Of a DNA stretch of 32,000 nucleotides, positions 15,367-24,392 are shown piece by piece (position 1 is the stretch's first letter; each line of letters opens with the position of its first letter). The position numbers and the translations under genes were made by a program. This stretch comes from Copranaerobaculum intestinale (GTDB lineage: Bacteria; Bacillota_I; Bacilli_A; Erysipelotrichales; Erysipelotrichaceae). The stretch is taken from NCBI RefSeq assembly GCF_009831105.1, contig NZ_WUUQ01000005.1:30001-62000 (forward strand), written 5' to 3'. The notes below the pieces were generated by a model. It saw only the letters and a program-made list of their open reading frames with translations, made no database searches and was not told where the DNA came from.

Positions 15367-16587
15367 ATGATGGAACAAAAGAATGAAAGCATCGATGGTA
15401 CAGCCATTACAGTTGCCCCAAGCAACGTTACAGCTGTTGCGATAGATGCAGGAAATGTTTTAATTACATGGTCTTCTGTTTTATCGGCGGCTGGTTATCA
15501 CGTATTTCGCGGCACCACATCGGATGGCCCGTATCAGTTTGTGCAGGAAACAACCTCATTAGCGCTTGTGGATACTGGATTGGCAGCTAATACCACGTAT
15601 TATTATCGGATAACTGCTTATGATGCAGACGGGGATGGTCCTATGTCAGAACCGGCAATTGTGACTACTGCCGCTTCCGATGTACCGCAAAACCTGATTG
15701 CGGCTGCTAATGGATCCACTACGATCAATACAACTTGGGATCCAATCGCAAACGCATCTCGCTATCATGTATATCGCAGTACAACAGCGGTCGGTCCATA
15801 TGTATTGATCGGGATCACAACCACAACATCTTATACAAATGTAGGATTGATTCCCAATACAACCTACTATTATCGGGTAACTGCTGTTGTCAATGAAGTT
15901 GAAAGTGCGCAAAGTAATACTGCATCTGCGACAACAGATGCGGATATACCAGTGCCGACAAATGTCGCTGCGATGTCAGTGAGTTCAACCCAGATTATAA
16001 CAACATGGGATGCCGTGCCGAATGCCACAGCGTATTCTGTTTATCGAAGTACGTCACCGAATGGTACGTATCAGCTGGTTGGAACAACGGCTGATCTAAC
16101 GTATATGGATAGCGGACTCACTCCCAATACCACATATTATTATCGAGTTGCAGCGACCGTTGACGGTGTTCTAGGAAATGCAAGTGCTTATGCGGCCGCA
16201 ACTACGCATCCATTATCACCTACGCCATCTGCCCCGACAAATGTACAGTTACAGGCATTGAGCTGCGCGGAAATCCTTATTACTTGGGAAGCGTCTGCCG
16301 GCGCCGATGGATATTATATTTATCGAAGTAATGCTGCAGGAGGTCCTTATCAATTAATAGGTAATACAGCTGACACTGCTTATGTTGATGCGCCGCTGTC
16401 ACCTTCAACCGTGTATTATTACTTTATACAGGCATATACGCAAGATCAATTTAGTCCCCAGAGTGCATCTGTTGGTACTTCTACACCATCATGTGAATCA
16501 CCAGTTCCGCCATGCCGGCCTTGCTGCTGTCCGTGCTGCGGCTGTGATCCATGCGGTTGTTTAAGCAGGATCCAGAAAAAATGCTAG
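15367..16587 (+). CDS. leaderless protein with four fibronectin type III repeats and an extremely Cys-rich C-terminal tail
   Basis: GGAGG at 15356-15360 is 6 nt from ATG 15367; the track start at 15340 is a TTG extension. There are four ~95-aa units, each with W..V..A..Y.VYRS...GPY and NTTYYYR(V/I)TA. The tail is PSCESPVPPCRPCCCPCCGCDPCGCLSRIQKKC. There is no signal peptide or TM helix. Confidence 0.85.
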   Translation: MMEQKNESIDGTAITVAPSNVTAVAIDAGNVLITWSSVLSAAGYHVFRGTTSDGPYQFVQETTSLALVDTGLAANTTYYYRITAYDADGDGPMSEPAIVTTAASDVPQNLIAAANGSTTINTTWDPIANASRYHVYRSTTAVGPYVLIGITTTTSYTNVGLIPNTTYYYRVTAVVNEVESAQSNTASATTDADIPVPTNVAAMSVSSTQIITTWDAVPNATAYSVYRSTSPNGTYQLVGTTADLTYMDSGLTPNTTYYYRVAATVDGVLGNASAYAAATTHPLSPTPSAPTNVQLQALSCAEILITWEASAGADGYYIYRSNAAGGPYQLIGNTADTAYVDAPLSPSTVYYYFIQAYTQDQFSPQSASVGTSTPSCESPVPPCRPCCCPCCGCDPCGCLSRIQKKC

Positions 16588-16604
16588 AAAGAAAATGGAG
16601 AAAT

Positions 16605-16632
16605 GTCCGGGTTTTATCCCGGACGTTTTTTT
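16605..16632 (+). terminator. Rho-independent terminator after the FN3 gene
   Basis: GTCCGGG, loop TTTTA, TCCCGGAC, then GTTTTTTT. Confidence 0.85.
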
Positions 16633-16733
16633 ATGTGAAACTTTTCATTTAGAGTGAAGCATAAATAAATACGCTGCTTTTCACAACGAAAGCAGTAAGT
16701 ATCATGGATAAAAACATAAATCGCTTATGTATC

Positions 16734-16766
16734 AAAAAAGCCGTGAAGCTAATTCACTTTCACGAC
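16734..16766 (-). terminator. terminator downstream of tRNA-Leu
   Basis: On the - strand: CGTGAAAG, loop, CTTCACG (one bulge), then GCTTTTTT (the + strand A-run at 16734-16739). Confidence 0.55.
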
Positions 16767-16778
16767 TCATATCCTATA

Positions 16779-16862
16779 TGGTGCGGGCGACAGGACTCGA
16801 ACCTGCACACCGAAGGCAATAGATCCTAAGTCTATCGTGTCTGCCAATTTCACCACGCCCGC
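16779..16862 (-). tRNA. trnL: tRNA-Leu (anticodon UAG), class II with a long variable arm
   Basis: The reverse complement is GCGGGCGTGGTGAAATTGGCAGACACGATAGACTTAGGATCTATTGCCTTCGGTGTGCAGGTTCGAGTCCTGTCGCCCGCACCA. Acceptor GCGGGCG/CGCCCGC, anticodon stem ATAGA/TCTAT with loop CTTAGGA, T-loop TTCGAGT, and an encoded CCA. Confidence 0.9.
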
Positions 16863-16873
16863 ATTGCCATAAT

Positions 16874-16901
16874 ATTATAGCACACTTCAGTCATTTTTCA
16901 A
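16874..16901 (-). promoter_or_regulatory. sigma-A promoter of tRNA-Leu
   Basis: On the - strand: TTGAAA, a 16-nt spacer ending in TGC, then TATAAT. The -10 is 11 nt upstream of the mature 5' end. Confidence 0.7.
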
Positions 16902-16961
16902 TCCTAGATTTTCTGACATTGAAATTTATAAATATACCTATATATATTATGAATTTGGGCA

Positions 16962-16988
16962 TTGAAAATGCAGGTAAAATGATATAAT
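16962..16988 (+). promoter_or_regulatory. promoter of the yfcE-cinA operon (extended -10)
   Basis: TTGAAA (16962-16967), a 15-nt spacer, then TGATATAAT (16980-16988). GGAGG at 17002-17006 precedes ATG 17012. Confidence 0.55.
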
Positions 16989-17011
16989 AAAAGTTAGATG
17001 CGGAGGCGCTT

Positions 17012-17536
17012 ATGCAAATTGTGGTGATAAGTGATACTCATGGTGAATGGAACCGAGCCAGACAGGTATTTGATGCCTATCCCAATGCCGATGTATTTAT
17101 TCATTGCGGTGATATCGGATATGATCCGAAGGACTTGCCACCGTGCTGTTATGTAAAAGGGAATCACGATATCAGTCAGCCGTTTCCGCCTCGGCGGATT
17201 CTTCATGAAGCTGGTTATACGATGCTTGTTACACACGGTCAGTGTTATGAGCAGGAAGTGCTGGAAAGAATTGTCATCCGCAAAGGAATGCATTATGAAG
17301 AGATGCAGCGGGAATTGGTACAGATATTGGAGGATCGGCTGTGTCTGGAAGCTGAGAAATACGGTTGTCAGATTGTTCTTTACGGTCATACACATGTTGC
17401 ATCAATCAGTCAGCGAAAGGGAGTGTGGCTGATCAATCCCGGTTCTCTTGCTTATGGGGAATCGGGATGTACTTATGCGGTTATAGAGTTGGGTGAGGAT
17501 GTTAAAGCAGAAATAAGAAAGATCAAGGGTGAATAA
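17012..17536 (+). CDS. yfcE: YfcE/MJ0936-family metallophosphoesterase
   Basis: Motifs VISDTHG, HCGDIG, GNHD and GHTH appear in the canonical order. Confidence 0.85.
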   Translation: MQIVVISDTHGEWNRARQVFDAYPNADVFIHCGDIGYDPKDLPPCCYVKGNHDISQPFPPRRILHEAGYTMLVTHGQCYEQEVLERIVIRKGMHYEEMQRELVQILEDRLCLEAEKYGCQIVLYGHTHVASISQRKGVWLINPGSLAYGESGCTYAVIELGEDVKAEIRKIKGE

Positions 17537-17540
17537 GAAG

Positions 17541-18731
17541 ATGAATGCGGAAATTATTTGTGTGGGGACAGAGCTGTTGCTGGGGGATATTGTCAATACC
17601 AATGCTCAGTATATCGCCAGGCAGTTAGCCGGACTGGGTATCGATGTTTTTTACCAAAGTGTGGTTGGAGATAATGAAAAGCGGCTTTTAGAGCATCTGG
17701 AACGGGTCATCGAGCGCTGTGATATTTTGATTATGACCGGTGGCTTGGGTCCTACGAAGGATGATATGACAAAAGAGGCAGTTGCACAGTTTTTTGATGC
17801 ACCGCTGATTTTCAATCAAGTTGCCTTTGATAATATGGATAAGCGGGTGCGAGCCTTTACTCATCAGGGACCATCGCATAGCAATCAGAAACAGGCCTAT
17901 GTGCCGAAGGGTGCGATCATTTTACAGAATGCGCATGGAACTGCTCCGGGATTTATCCTGAAAACGCGGAAGAAAGTAATTGTCGTGCTTCCGGGACCGC
18001 CGAAAGAGATGAAACCGATGTTTGATAAGCAGGTAGTACCGTATCTGCGGCAGCTTTCAGATAAAATTCTAGTATCAAAAACCTTGTATATGTTTGGCAT
18101 CAGCGAGGCGAAAGTAAACGATCTATGTGCGGATTTGATGGACAGTAAAAATCCTACCCTGGCGCCATATGCAAAAGAAAACGGTGTAGAACTGCGGCTG
18201 ACCGGTGCTGCCCGCAATGAGGAAAAGGCGGTCCGCATGATGGAGCCGATGCTGAAGGAATTGTATCGGCGGCTTGGAACATTTATTTACAGCGGCAGCG
18301 GCCGTACCCTGGAAGAAGTAGCGGTTCATAATTTATTACATAAACGGCAGCGGCTGGCAGTCATCGAGGGTGCTACCCGCGGTCATCTCATCTATAAGCT
18401 GGCACAGGTTGAAGGCATGCGTAAAGTGCTGTCCTTTAATCGTGTTGCGGTTACCGAGGAACAATTCCGGCAGTTTCACTATGCTAATAATTATGTTTCT
18501 GACAGCTACGTGCGATTGCTGGCCGAGCAGTTTTTTTGGCAGCTAGGATGTGTCAGTGTCGTTACCTCGCTCAGTGAACTGGATGAGATAGGAAAGCGTC
18601 ATATCTACACCGCAATCTGCTGTGATGAAGGATGCTTTAGCGCGCATATCGAAGTATTTGGTGATGAGACCGAAATCATCAACCGGGTTTGTAATCATGC
18701 CTTGAATTTACTGAGACTTCATATTTCCTAG
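17541..18731 (+). CDS. cinA: CinA family protein (MoCF-binding domain plus a divergent PncC-like C-terminal domain)
   Basis: MNAEIICVGTELLLGDIVNTNAQYIA...ILIMTGGLGPTKDDMTKEA...VLPGPPKEM is the CinA N-terminal signature. ATG 17541 is preferred to the GTG at 17529, which overlaps the upstream stop. Confidence 0.85.
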   Translation: MNAEIICVGTELLLGDIVNTNAQYIARQLAGLGIDVFYQSVVGDNEKRLLEHLERVIERCDILIMTGGLGPTKDDMTKEAVAQFFDAPLIFNQVAFDNMDKRVRAFTHQGPSHSNQKQAYVPKGAIILQNAHGTAPGFILKTRKKVIVVLPGPPKEMKPMFDKQVVPYLRQLSDKILVSKTLYMFGISEAKVNDLCADLMDSKNPTLAPYAKENGVELRLTGAARNEEKAVRMMEPMLKELYRRLGTFIYSGSGRTLEEVAVHNLLHKRQRLAVIEGATRGHLIYKLAQVEGMRKVLSFNRVAVTEEQFRQFHYANNYVSDSYVRLLAEQFFWQLGCVSVVTSLSELDEIGKRHIYTAICCDEGCFSAHIEVFGDETEIINRVCNHALNLLRLHIS

Positions 18732-18812
18732 GAAATGTAAAAATTTCATGAATTACCGTACAGATTTCCGATTATTTGATATGATACATATAAGAAAAGA
18801 TGAGGGTACGAT

Positions 18813-20105
18813 ATGTTTACGAAAATCTTAACAAAACTCGGCTTCACCAAAGAAGAGACTAGCTGGATTCTTTACGATGTCGGAAATTCTGCCCAGGTGC
18901 TGATGACGATGACCGTTCTGTTTCCGCTCTTAATCAATCGTATTACACCGGGTGACAGCAGTGTTTATGTCGGTTGGGCGAACGCTATATACGGTGCTAT
19001 ATTAGCCGTTTTGTCCCCTGTGCTGGGAACGGTCGCCGACTATCAGGGACAGAAAAAACGCTTATTTCGCATTTTCCTTTATATCGGTATTATTGCCGGC
19101 TTTGCTTTGGCACTTCCATTTATCGGTTATCAGGCCGCAATCGTTATCTTTATCATAGCGATGATCGGATATAATGGTTCCATTATATTCTATGATGCAT
19201 TTTTAGTGGATGTTACATCGGATGATCGGGTAAATAAAGTATCCTCTGCCGGCTATGCGTGGGGCTATATCGGTTCTGTCCTGCCATTTTTAATCTTTAT
19301 AATACCTTTCGCGGCCGTTACCTTGTTCGGTGATGAAAATGGAACATTGATGCTGGGAAGCTTCGCTCTGACATATCGGTTAGCGGTTGGCATCTCAATG
19401 GGTCTGAGTGTTTTCTGGTGGTTCGCATATTCTCGTCCGCTGCTGAAGAATGTTCATCAGCGCCAGTATCATGAGCCGACCAAGCATATTGTCAAGGATT
19501 CCTTTTTACGGCTGTTCAACACGTTTAAAAATATCAAAGCAAACCGTAATATCTTTCTATTCTGCATATCCTATTTCTTTTACATTGACTGTGTAAATAC
19601 TGTTATCAAGATGGCTGTATCACTTGCAACGGATATGGGAGTATCTGATATCATGAGCCTGGCAGTAGTGATCGCCATTCAATTTATCGCTTTTCCAAGT
19701 GCAATCTACTTTGGCCGGCTGGTCGATCGTTTCGGTTCAAAATGTATGATCTATGCCGGTATCGTCGGTTACTTCTTTATCATTGCATTCGGTGCTATGA
19801 TTCCGTCTAATGTGAATTTGATCTGGGTGGTCGGCGTGCTGGTGGGGCTGTTTCAGGGAGGTATTCAATCGGTATCCCGTTCGTACTTCACGCTATTGAT
19901 TCCGGCCAAGGAGGATGCTAATGAATACTTCGGCTTCTTCTCTGTATTCTCAAAATTTTCAGCGATTTTGGGACCGATCGCGGTATCCCTTGTTATCACC
20001 CTATCCGGCAATACTTCCTATGGTATTCTGGGGTTGATTCCGATGATGATAATCGGCGGTATCGTATTGATATTTGTCAAGGATCCAAAACCAAATCAGG
20101 AGTAA
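18813..20105 (+). CDS. MFS transporter, UMF1/ATG22-like family
   Basis: 430 aa with about 12 predicted TM helices. The N-terminus EETSWILYDVGNSAQ and the DYQGQKKR loop are typical of the UMF1 family. Confidence 0.8.
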   Translation: MFTKILTKLGFTKEETSWILYDVGNSAQVLMTMTVLFPLLINRITPGDSSVYVGWANAIYGAILAVLSPVLGTVADYQGQKKRLFRIFLYIGIIAGFALALPFIGYQAAIVIFIIAMIGYNGSIIFYDAFLVDVTSDDRVNKVSSAGYAWGYIGSVLPFLIFIIPFAAVTLFGDENGTLMLGSFALTYRLAVGISMGLSVFWWFAYSRPLLKNVHQRQYHEPTKHIVKDSFLRLFNTFKNIKANRNIFLFCISYFFYIDCVNTVIKMAVSLATDMGVSDIMSLAVVIAIQFIAFPSAIYFGRLVDRFGSKCMIYAGIVGYFFIIAFGAMIPSNVNLIWVVGVLVGLFQGGIQSVSRSYFTLLIPAKEDANEYFGFFSVFSKFSAILGPIAVSLVITLSGNTSYGILGLIPMMIIGGIVLIFVKDPKPNQE

Positions 20106-20106
20106 G

Positions 20107-20127
20107 AAACCGCCGATGCGGTTTTTT
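20107..20127 (+). terminator. Rho-independent terminator after the MFS gene
   Basis: AAACCGC, loop CGAT, GCGGTTT, then TTT. Confidence 0.75.
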
Positions 20128-20194
20128 CTTTCCATGTGATGTTTCCTGTCAGAATATGGTATGATAAGTAACATAAAAAGGAGGACTGTAAATT

Positions 20195-22969
20195 ATGAAA
20201 AAGGTCTACCTTGGGCTATTGAGCTTGTTACTGGCGTGCGGGGTTATCATACCGGGTCAGATGTTACAGGTATCGGCAGTTTCCGCTAAAGATATCGCAA
20301 ATGATGAGTTATATCATATCGTGGATCATCGAAGTGATGGGACAGCAGTTGACAAGAAACAGACCGCTTCCTTAAAGAATGCGGAGGAACTGTATGAGGA
20401 TGCTTTGAAGACCTCACGCAATCCGGCCATTTATTATCAGGGAAAGATACTGAAGATTCAATACGGTATCGTAACCTTTAAACGTGAAGCAACCTGTGCC
20501 TATAATGTCAACTACACCAATGTGATGAATGGTGAAGCCGGTTATACGAATGCGTGCTATGGTGCTGATGCGGCATATATCAGCAGTGGCGAAGATTATC
20601 AGACTGCCGCTTTTTTGATCTCCGGTGTCGGCGGACGGGCGGTTATGGACGATGTGGAAATTTTGCCGTTGGAACAGGTGAAGCAGCTTTCTGCTTATGA
20701 GGTCATCGAGGGGGAGCTGTATCATCACATCAAAACCTCACTTTCCTCAAAGGGTTACGGAAATACGGTCGTACTGGATCAGGCCCCGGATTATCTAAAG
20801 GCAGATAAGGTGTATTACAGCTATGACGGGCATTCCTTTTATACAAAATCAAAGCTTACGGATATGATTGATGATATACGAAATGGAACGGATGAGCATG
20901 CCGTCAATGCCGGTAATCCTTATTATAATTATTATCAATATCTGCCGCATCGCTCCGTTACTGCTTATACATCCAAAGCGATTACGAATTATTTAAAAGA
21001 CGATCAGGGACTGAAAAAGGAAATCCGCGGTTATATGGATATGGATGGTGATGGTCTCCATGATATATGGACACAATCCTTATTGGCAGACAGTGCTGTG
21101 CCGTTTTTAGAGTATCAGAATATGTATGGCGCCAATGCCTTGATGATGATGGCTTTGGCAATGAATGAAAGCGGCATGGGACGAAGCAGTATCAGTTATC
21201 AGAAAAATAATCTATTCGGTCATGCGGCGTTTGATTCATCAGCGCAGGAAAGCGCGTCTCGTTATGATAAAGTTTCGCAGAGCATTTATTCCCATGCCAG
21301 AAATTATATTTCTAAATCCTATTTGAATCCAAAGCAGTATATGTATCATGGCGGATTCTTTGGGGATAAACAAAGCGGAATGAATGTATCCTATGCCTCA
21401 GATCCATATTGGGGAGAGAAAGCTGCGTCTTATATGTACCGAATGGATCGTTCCATGGGTTTTCAGGATCGAAGCCGTTATACCTTAGGCATTCATACAA
21501 ACTTTGAAAATGTTGCCGTCTATGCATCACCAAAAGCAAAAGCAAAAACGCTGTATGAAACCAAGGCGATCAGCAGTATGTCCTTTTCGATTATTAAAAC
21601 GGTCAAGAATAAGGCGGGAACCTGGTATCAGATTCAGACCGATCCGATTGTAAGTGCGCGAAAGGGAAATGCGGAAGCCTATAATTTTTCAGACAACATC
21701 GGCTATATCAAAGCAGCGGATATTGCAGTATTATTGAAAAGTGAGAAAAACCCTACCCATACCTTCTATGACATCACATTTGACGGAAAAGGCGGTACCT
21801 TTGAGGACGGCAGTAAAAAGATCCAGCTGTCGGTACAAAAGGGAACGGTTCCGGCAGTTGATGCGCCGGTAAAGAAAAATATGCTGTTTACCGGGTGGAA
21901 AGAAACCTTGAGCAGTGCTGCGAAAAAGAAAACATATCATGCGAAGTATCAAAAGATCAAAAAAATAGAATGGATTACAAAGCCAAAGGCTTCCTATATC
22001 ATCGGGGATCAGTTAGATGTGACGGCTGGTAAAGTAAAGCTGACCTTCGCTGATAAATCCACTATAAATATTTCTGTTACTCCGGATATGGTATCCGATT
22101 ATCATCTGGATAAGGCAGGTAAGCAGAAGGTAACGGTAAAAGTCGGCGGTGTATCTATATCCTATTCCATTCAGGTACGAAAAAAGGATGCAAAGAAAGA
22201 AGCGATTGATCAATCTATAACTGCCATGATTGAAACCTATCATAGCAAAGTTATGCTGAATGAAGATGCCAAAAAGGCTATTTTGAAAGTTAAAAAACAA
22301 GTACAGGAGTATGGAAAACAATTCTTTACGATCACCGATATCCGTTCGATGGATAAATTGTTTCAACGAGCCCTCGGTGATAATCTGAAAGTAACTTTGA
22401 AAACCTTTGATAAACGGATCAGCGTATCGGGTCTGTCATTACTATCGAATATAAAAGCAAATGATAAAAATGAAATTGTATTCACCATTTCAGATAAGGG
22501 AGACGCTGATGCGAAAGACCTGATCAGTGAGCTTGCGAAAGCCAATCATGTCCAGGTCGACAATTATCGTTTTATTGATATATCGGACAATGGGAAAGCA
22601 ATAAAAGCCTTGGATACGCAGGTAGTTGTGTCCCTTCCAAAACCGGATGACACGAAGCAGACAGATCAGTATGAGGTATTGTTTAGCAATGGTCAAGATG
22701 TTGTGAAAATGCCGGTCATGCAAACAAAAAACAAGGTTGTCTTTAAGCTTGACCGCACCGGAACGTTTGCGCTGGTTCATCGCAGCGATATTGCCGTTAC
22801 TGCGGTGGATGATGTCAAAGAGGTAACGACAACTGATGAGGAAAGCATACCTTGGATGATGATACTTGCGATTGGTGCCGGAATATTGGCAGTAATGATG
22901 ATCCTGGTCATTCTGTTTATGAGACTGCGCCGCAAAAAAGGGAAAAAGCATCAAGTGAATCATCACTAA
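20195..22969 (+). CDS. large cell-surface protein: signal peptide, GH73 N-acetylglucosaminidase domain, SH3b-like domain, Listeria-Bacteroides repeat, bacterial Ig-like domain, C-terminal TM anchor
   Basis: An AAAGGAGG RBS is present and the signal peptide is MKKVYLGLLSLLLACGVI. The GH73 motif is ALAMNESGMGRSSISYQKNNLFGHAAFDS. The repeat TFDGKGGTFEDGS...FTGWKE is present. The Big_3-like stretch is GDQLDVTAGKVKLTF...KQKVTVKVGGVSISYSIQV. The C-terminal TM anchor IPWMMILAIGAGILAVMMILVILF is followed by RLRRKKGKK. Confidence 0.85.
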   Translation: MKKVYLGLLSLLLACGVIIPGQMLQVSAVSAKDIANDELYHIVDHRSDGTAVDKKQTASLKNAEELYEDALKTSRNPAIYYQGKILKIQYGIVTFKREATCAYNVNYTNVMNGEAGYTNACYGADAAYISSGEDYQTAAFLISGVGGRAVMDDVEILPLEQVKQLSAYEVIEGELYHHIKTSLSSKGYGNTVVLDQAPDYLKADKVYYSYDGHSFYTKSKLTDMIDDIRNGTDEHAVNAGNPYYNYYQYLPHRSVTAYTSKAITNYLKDDQGLKKEIRGYMDMDGDGLHDIWTQSLLADSAVPFLEYQNMYGANALMMMALAMNESGMGRSSISYQKNNLFGHAAFDSSAQESASRYDKVSQSIYSHARNYISKSYLNPKQYMYHGGFFGDKQSGMNVSYASDPYWGEKAASYMYRMDRSMGFQDRSRYTLGIHTNFENVAVYASPKAKAKTLYETKAISSMSFSIIKTVKNKAGTWYQIQTDPIVSARKGNAEAYNFSDNIGYIKAADIAVLLKSEKNPTHTFYDITFDGKGGTFEDGSKKIQLSVQKGTVPAVDAPVKKNMLFTGWKETLSSAAKKKTYHAKYQKIKKIEWITKPKASYIIGDQLDVTAGKVKLTFADKSTINISVTPDMVSDYHLDKAGKQKVTVKVGGVSISYSIQVRKKDAKKEAIDQSITAMIETYHSKVMLNEDAKKAILKVKKQVQEYGKQFFTITDIRSMDKLFQRALGDNLKVTLKTFDKRISVSGLSLLSNIKANDKNEIVFTISDKGDADAKDLISELAKANHVQVDNYRFIDISDNGKAIKALDTQVVVSLPKPDDTKQTDQYEVLFSNGQDVVKMPVMQTKNKVVFKLDRTGTFALVHRSDIAVTAVDDVKEVTTTDEESIPWMMILAIGAGILAVMMILVILFMRLRRKKGKKHQVNHH

Positions 22970-23019
22970 AAACGATTATCGGTAATTAATTTAGAGTAAT
23001 ATTTATATCAAAAATATGA

Positions 23020-23048
23020 GGGTGGTTAAGATGTGACTGCCCTTTTTT
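23020..23048 (+). terminator. Rho-independent terminator after the surface-protein gene
   Basis: GGGTGGT (23020-23026) pairs with ACTGCCC (23036-23042), including two G-U pairs. The loop is 9 nt, followed by TTTTTT (23043-23048). Confidence 0.6.
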
Positions 23049-23087
23049 ATGGAAGCAGCTTCATTTTGCTGTTAACTGCGTTTCCGA

Positions 23088-23145
23088 TTGACAAAGTAAT
23101 CAGTTGATTGTATTATTGTATTAGATAATTAATACAATAATACAA
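23088..23145 (+). promoter_or_regulatory. promoter of the GT4 gene overlapped by a 38-bp perfect palindrome (16-6-16)
   Basis: TTGACA (23088-23093), a 17-nt spacer, then TATTAT (23111-23116). TTGTATTATTGTATTA (23108-23123) and TAATACAATAATACAA (23130-23145) are exact reverse complements. Confidence 0.65.
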
Positions 23146-23176
23146 ATGTAATACACAGTGAGACAGGAGAAGCAAA

Positions 23177-24247
23177 ATGGAAAAAATAAAAATTAATATG
23201 CTTTCAAGTGCCGATAAAATAGACGGTCAAGGAGTTGGAAGTGCTTATCTGGAACAAGTAAGACTGATCAAAGAGGGGGCAGCGGAACTGTTTACAGTTA
23301 CTCTTAACGGTTCTAAAAAGTGTGATATTCTGCATCTTCACACGGTTGAACCGAGGAACTACGTCAAAATGAAAATGAGCCATGCGGCCAGTGTCTGCTA
23401 TGTCCATTTCCTACCGGATACACTGGATGGAAGCATTGATCTGCCAATGCCAATCTTTAAATTATTTAAAAAGTATGTAATTTCTTTATATAGGTATGCA
23501 GATTATCTGATTGTAGTAAATCCTATTTTCATACATGCCCTGGAAAATCATGGAATCCCGCGTAAGAAGCTGGTGTATATTCCTAATTATGTTTCCAAAG
23601 AAGCGTTTTACCAAAAACCGCGATGTGAAGTTCGTGCTTTGAGAAATGCGTATGATATTGATGAGAATGCTTTTGTGGTGATCGGCGTTGGGCAGGTGCA
23701 GACTCGTAAGGGAGTACTGGACTTTGTTGAAACAGCGCGATGCTTGCCGGATATCACCTTTATTTGGTGCGGGGGATTTTCTTTTGGGCGGATAACGGAC
23801 GGGTATGAAAAACTGAAAAAAATTATGGAAAACCCTCCGCAAAACGTGAAATTTTTAGGTATTGTGCCGCGCGCCAAGATGAACGAGCTTTACAATATTG
23901 CCGATGTTTTATTTATGCCGTCTTATAATGAATTGTTTCCCATGGCGATTTTAGAAGCGGTAAATCTGCATCTTCCGTTGGTGCTGCGCGATCTTGATCT
24001 TTATGAAGACATTCTTTTTCATAAATATTTAAGCGGTAAGAAGAATGAAACCTTTGTTTCACAAATTCGCAGCTTAAAGGAGAATGCGGAGGTTTATGCG
24101 CAAAGTATTAGATGGTCAGAGGAAATCAGTGAATTTTATTCGAAAGAAAATGTTTTAAATATGTGGATCACTTTTTATAAAAGGGTATATCGGGAACATA
24201 AACAGAAACTGGAAATAAAGAATTCCCGATCTATTAAGAAAGAATAG
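23177..24247 (+). CDS. GT4 glycosyltransferase, CpoA-like glycolipid (diglycosyl-diacylglycerol) synthase
   Basis: INMLSSADKIDGQGVGSAY...YVHFLPDTLDGS...VVNPIF...GVGQVQTRKG...FIWCGGFSFG...TDGYE...IMENPP...MPSYNELFPMAILEA...LRDLDLY closely tracks the Streptococcus CpoA-type sequence as I recall it. Confidence 0.8.
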   Translation: MEKIKINMLSSADKIDGQGVGSAYLEQVRLIKEGAAELFTVTLNGSKKCDILHLHTVEPRNYVKMKMSHAASVCYVHFLPDTLDGSIDLPMPIFKLFKKYVISLYRYADYLIVVNPIFIHALENHGIPRKKLVYIPNYVSKEAFYQKPRCEVRALRNAYDIDENAFVVIGVGQVQTRKGVLDFVETARCLPDITFIWCGGFSFGRITDGYEKLKKIMENPPQNVKFLGIVPRAKMNELYNIADVLFMPSYNELFPMAILEAVNLHLPLVLRDLDLYEDILFHKYLSGKKNETFVSQIRSLKENAEVYAQSIRWSEEISEFYSKENVLNMWITFYKRVYREHKQKLEIKNSRSIKKE

Positions 24248-24366
24248 GGAATGTAAGGATCATTATCAAATATTATTAATGATTGATTGATGGATAAAGT
24301 GATCCTTTCAATAATCATTCTTGTTTATATTTTTAGCTTATTGTTTACCAAGCAGCTCATATAATT

Positions 24367-24392
24367 AAACCGCTGAAAATCTCAGCGGTTTT
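24367..24392. terminator. bidirectional terminator shared by the convergent GT4 and NUDIX genes
   Basis: AAA, CCGCTGA (24370-24376), loop AAATC, TCAGCGG (24382-24388), then TTTT. The NUDIX stop codon lies inside the right arm. Confidence 0.8.

Noticed and set aside
15400-16480. A periodic ~285-nt DNA repeat with recurring AATAC(C/A)AC.TA(T/C)TATTATCG blocks, which could be mistaken for a tandem-repeat or CRISPR-like array.
   Set aside because: The periodicity is the coding repeat of four FN3 domains in one open frame. The units are diverged, and there is no repeat-spacer structure.
6358-16862. The idea that the segment between the two stand-alone tRNA genes (Glu and Leu) is a tRNA-targeted genomic island.
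   Set aside because: The window has no integrase or recombinase. I could find no direct repeat of either tRNA 3' end (no att-like duplication). Most of the interior has native-like composition; only 13.5-15.3 kb and 4.7-6.3 kb look compositionally foreign.
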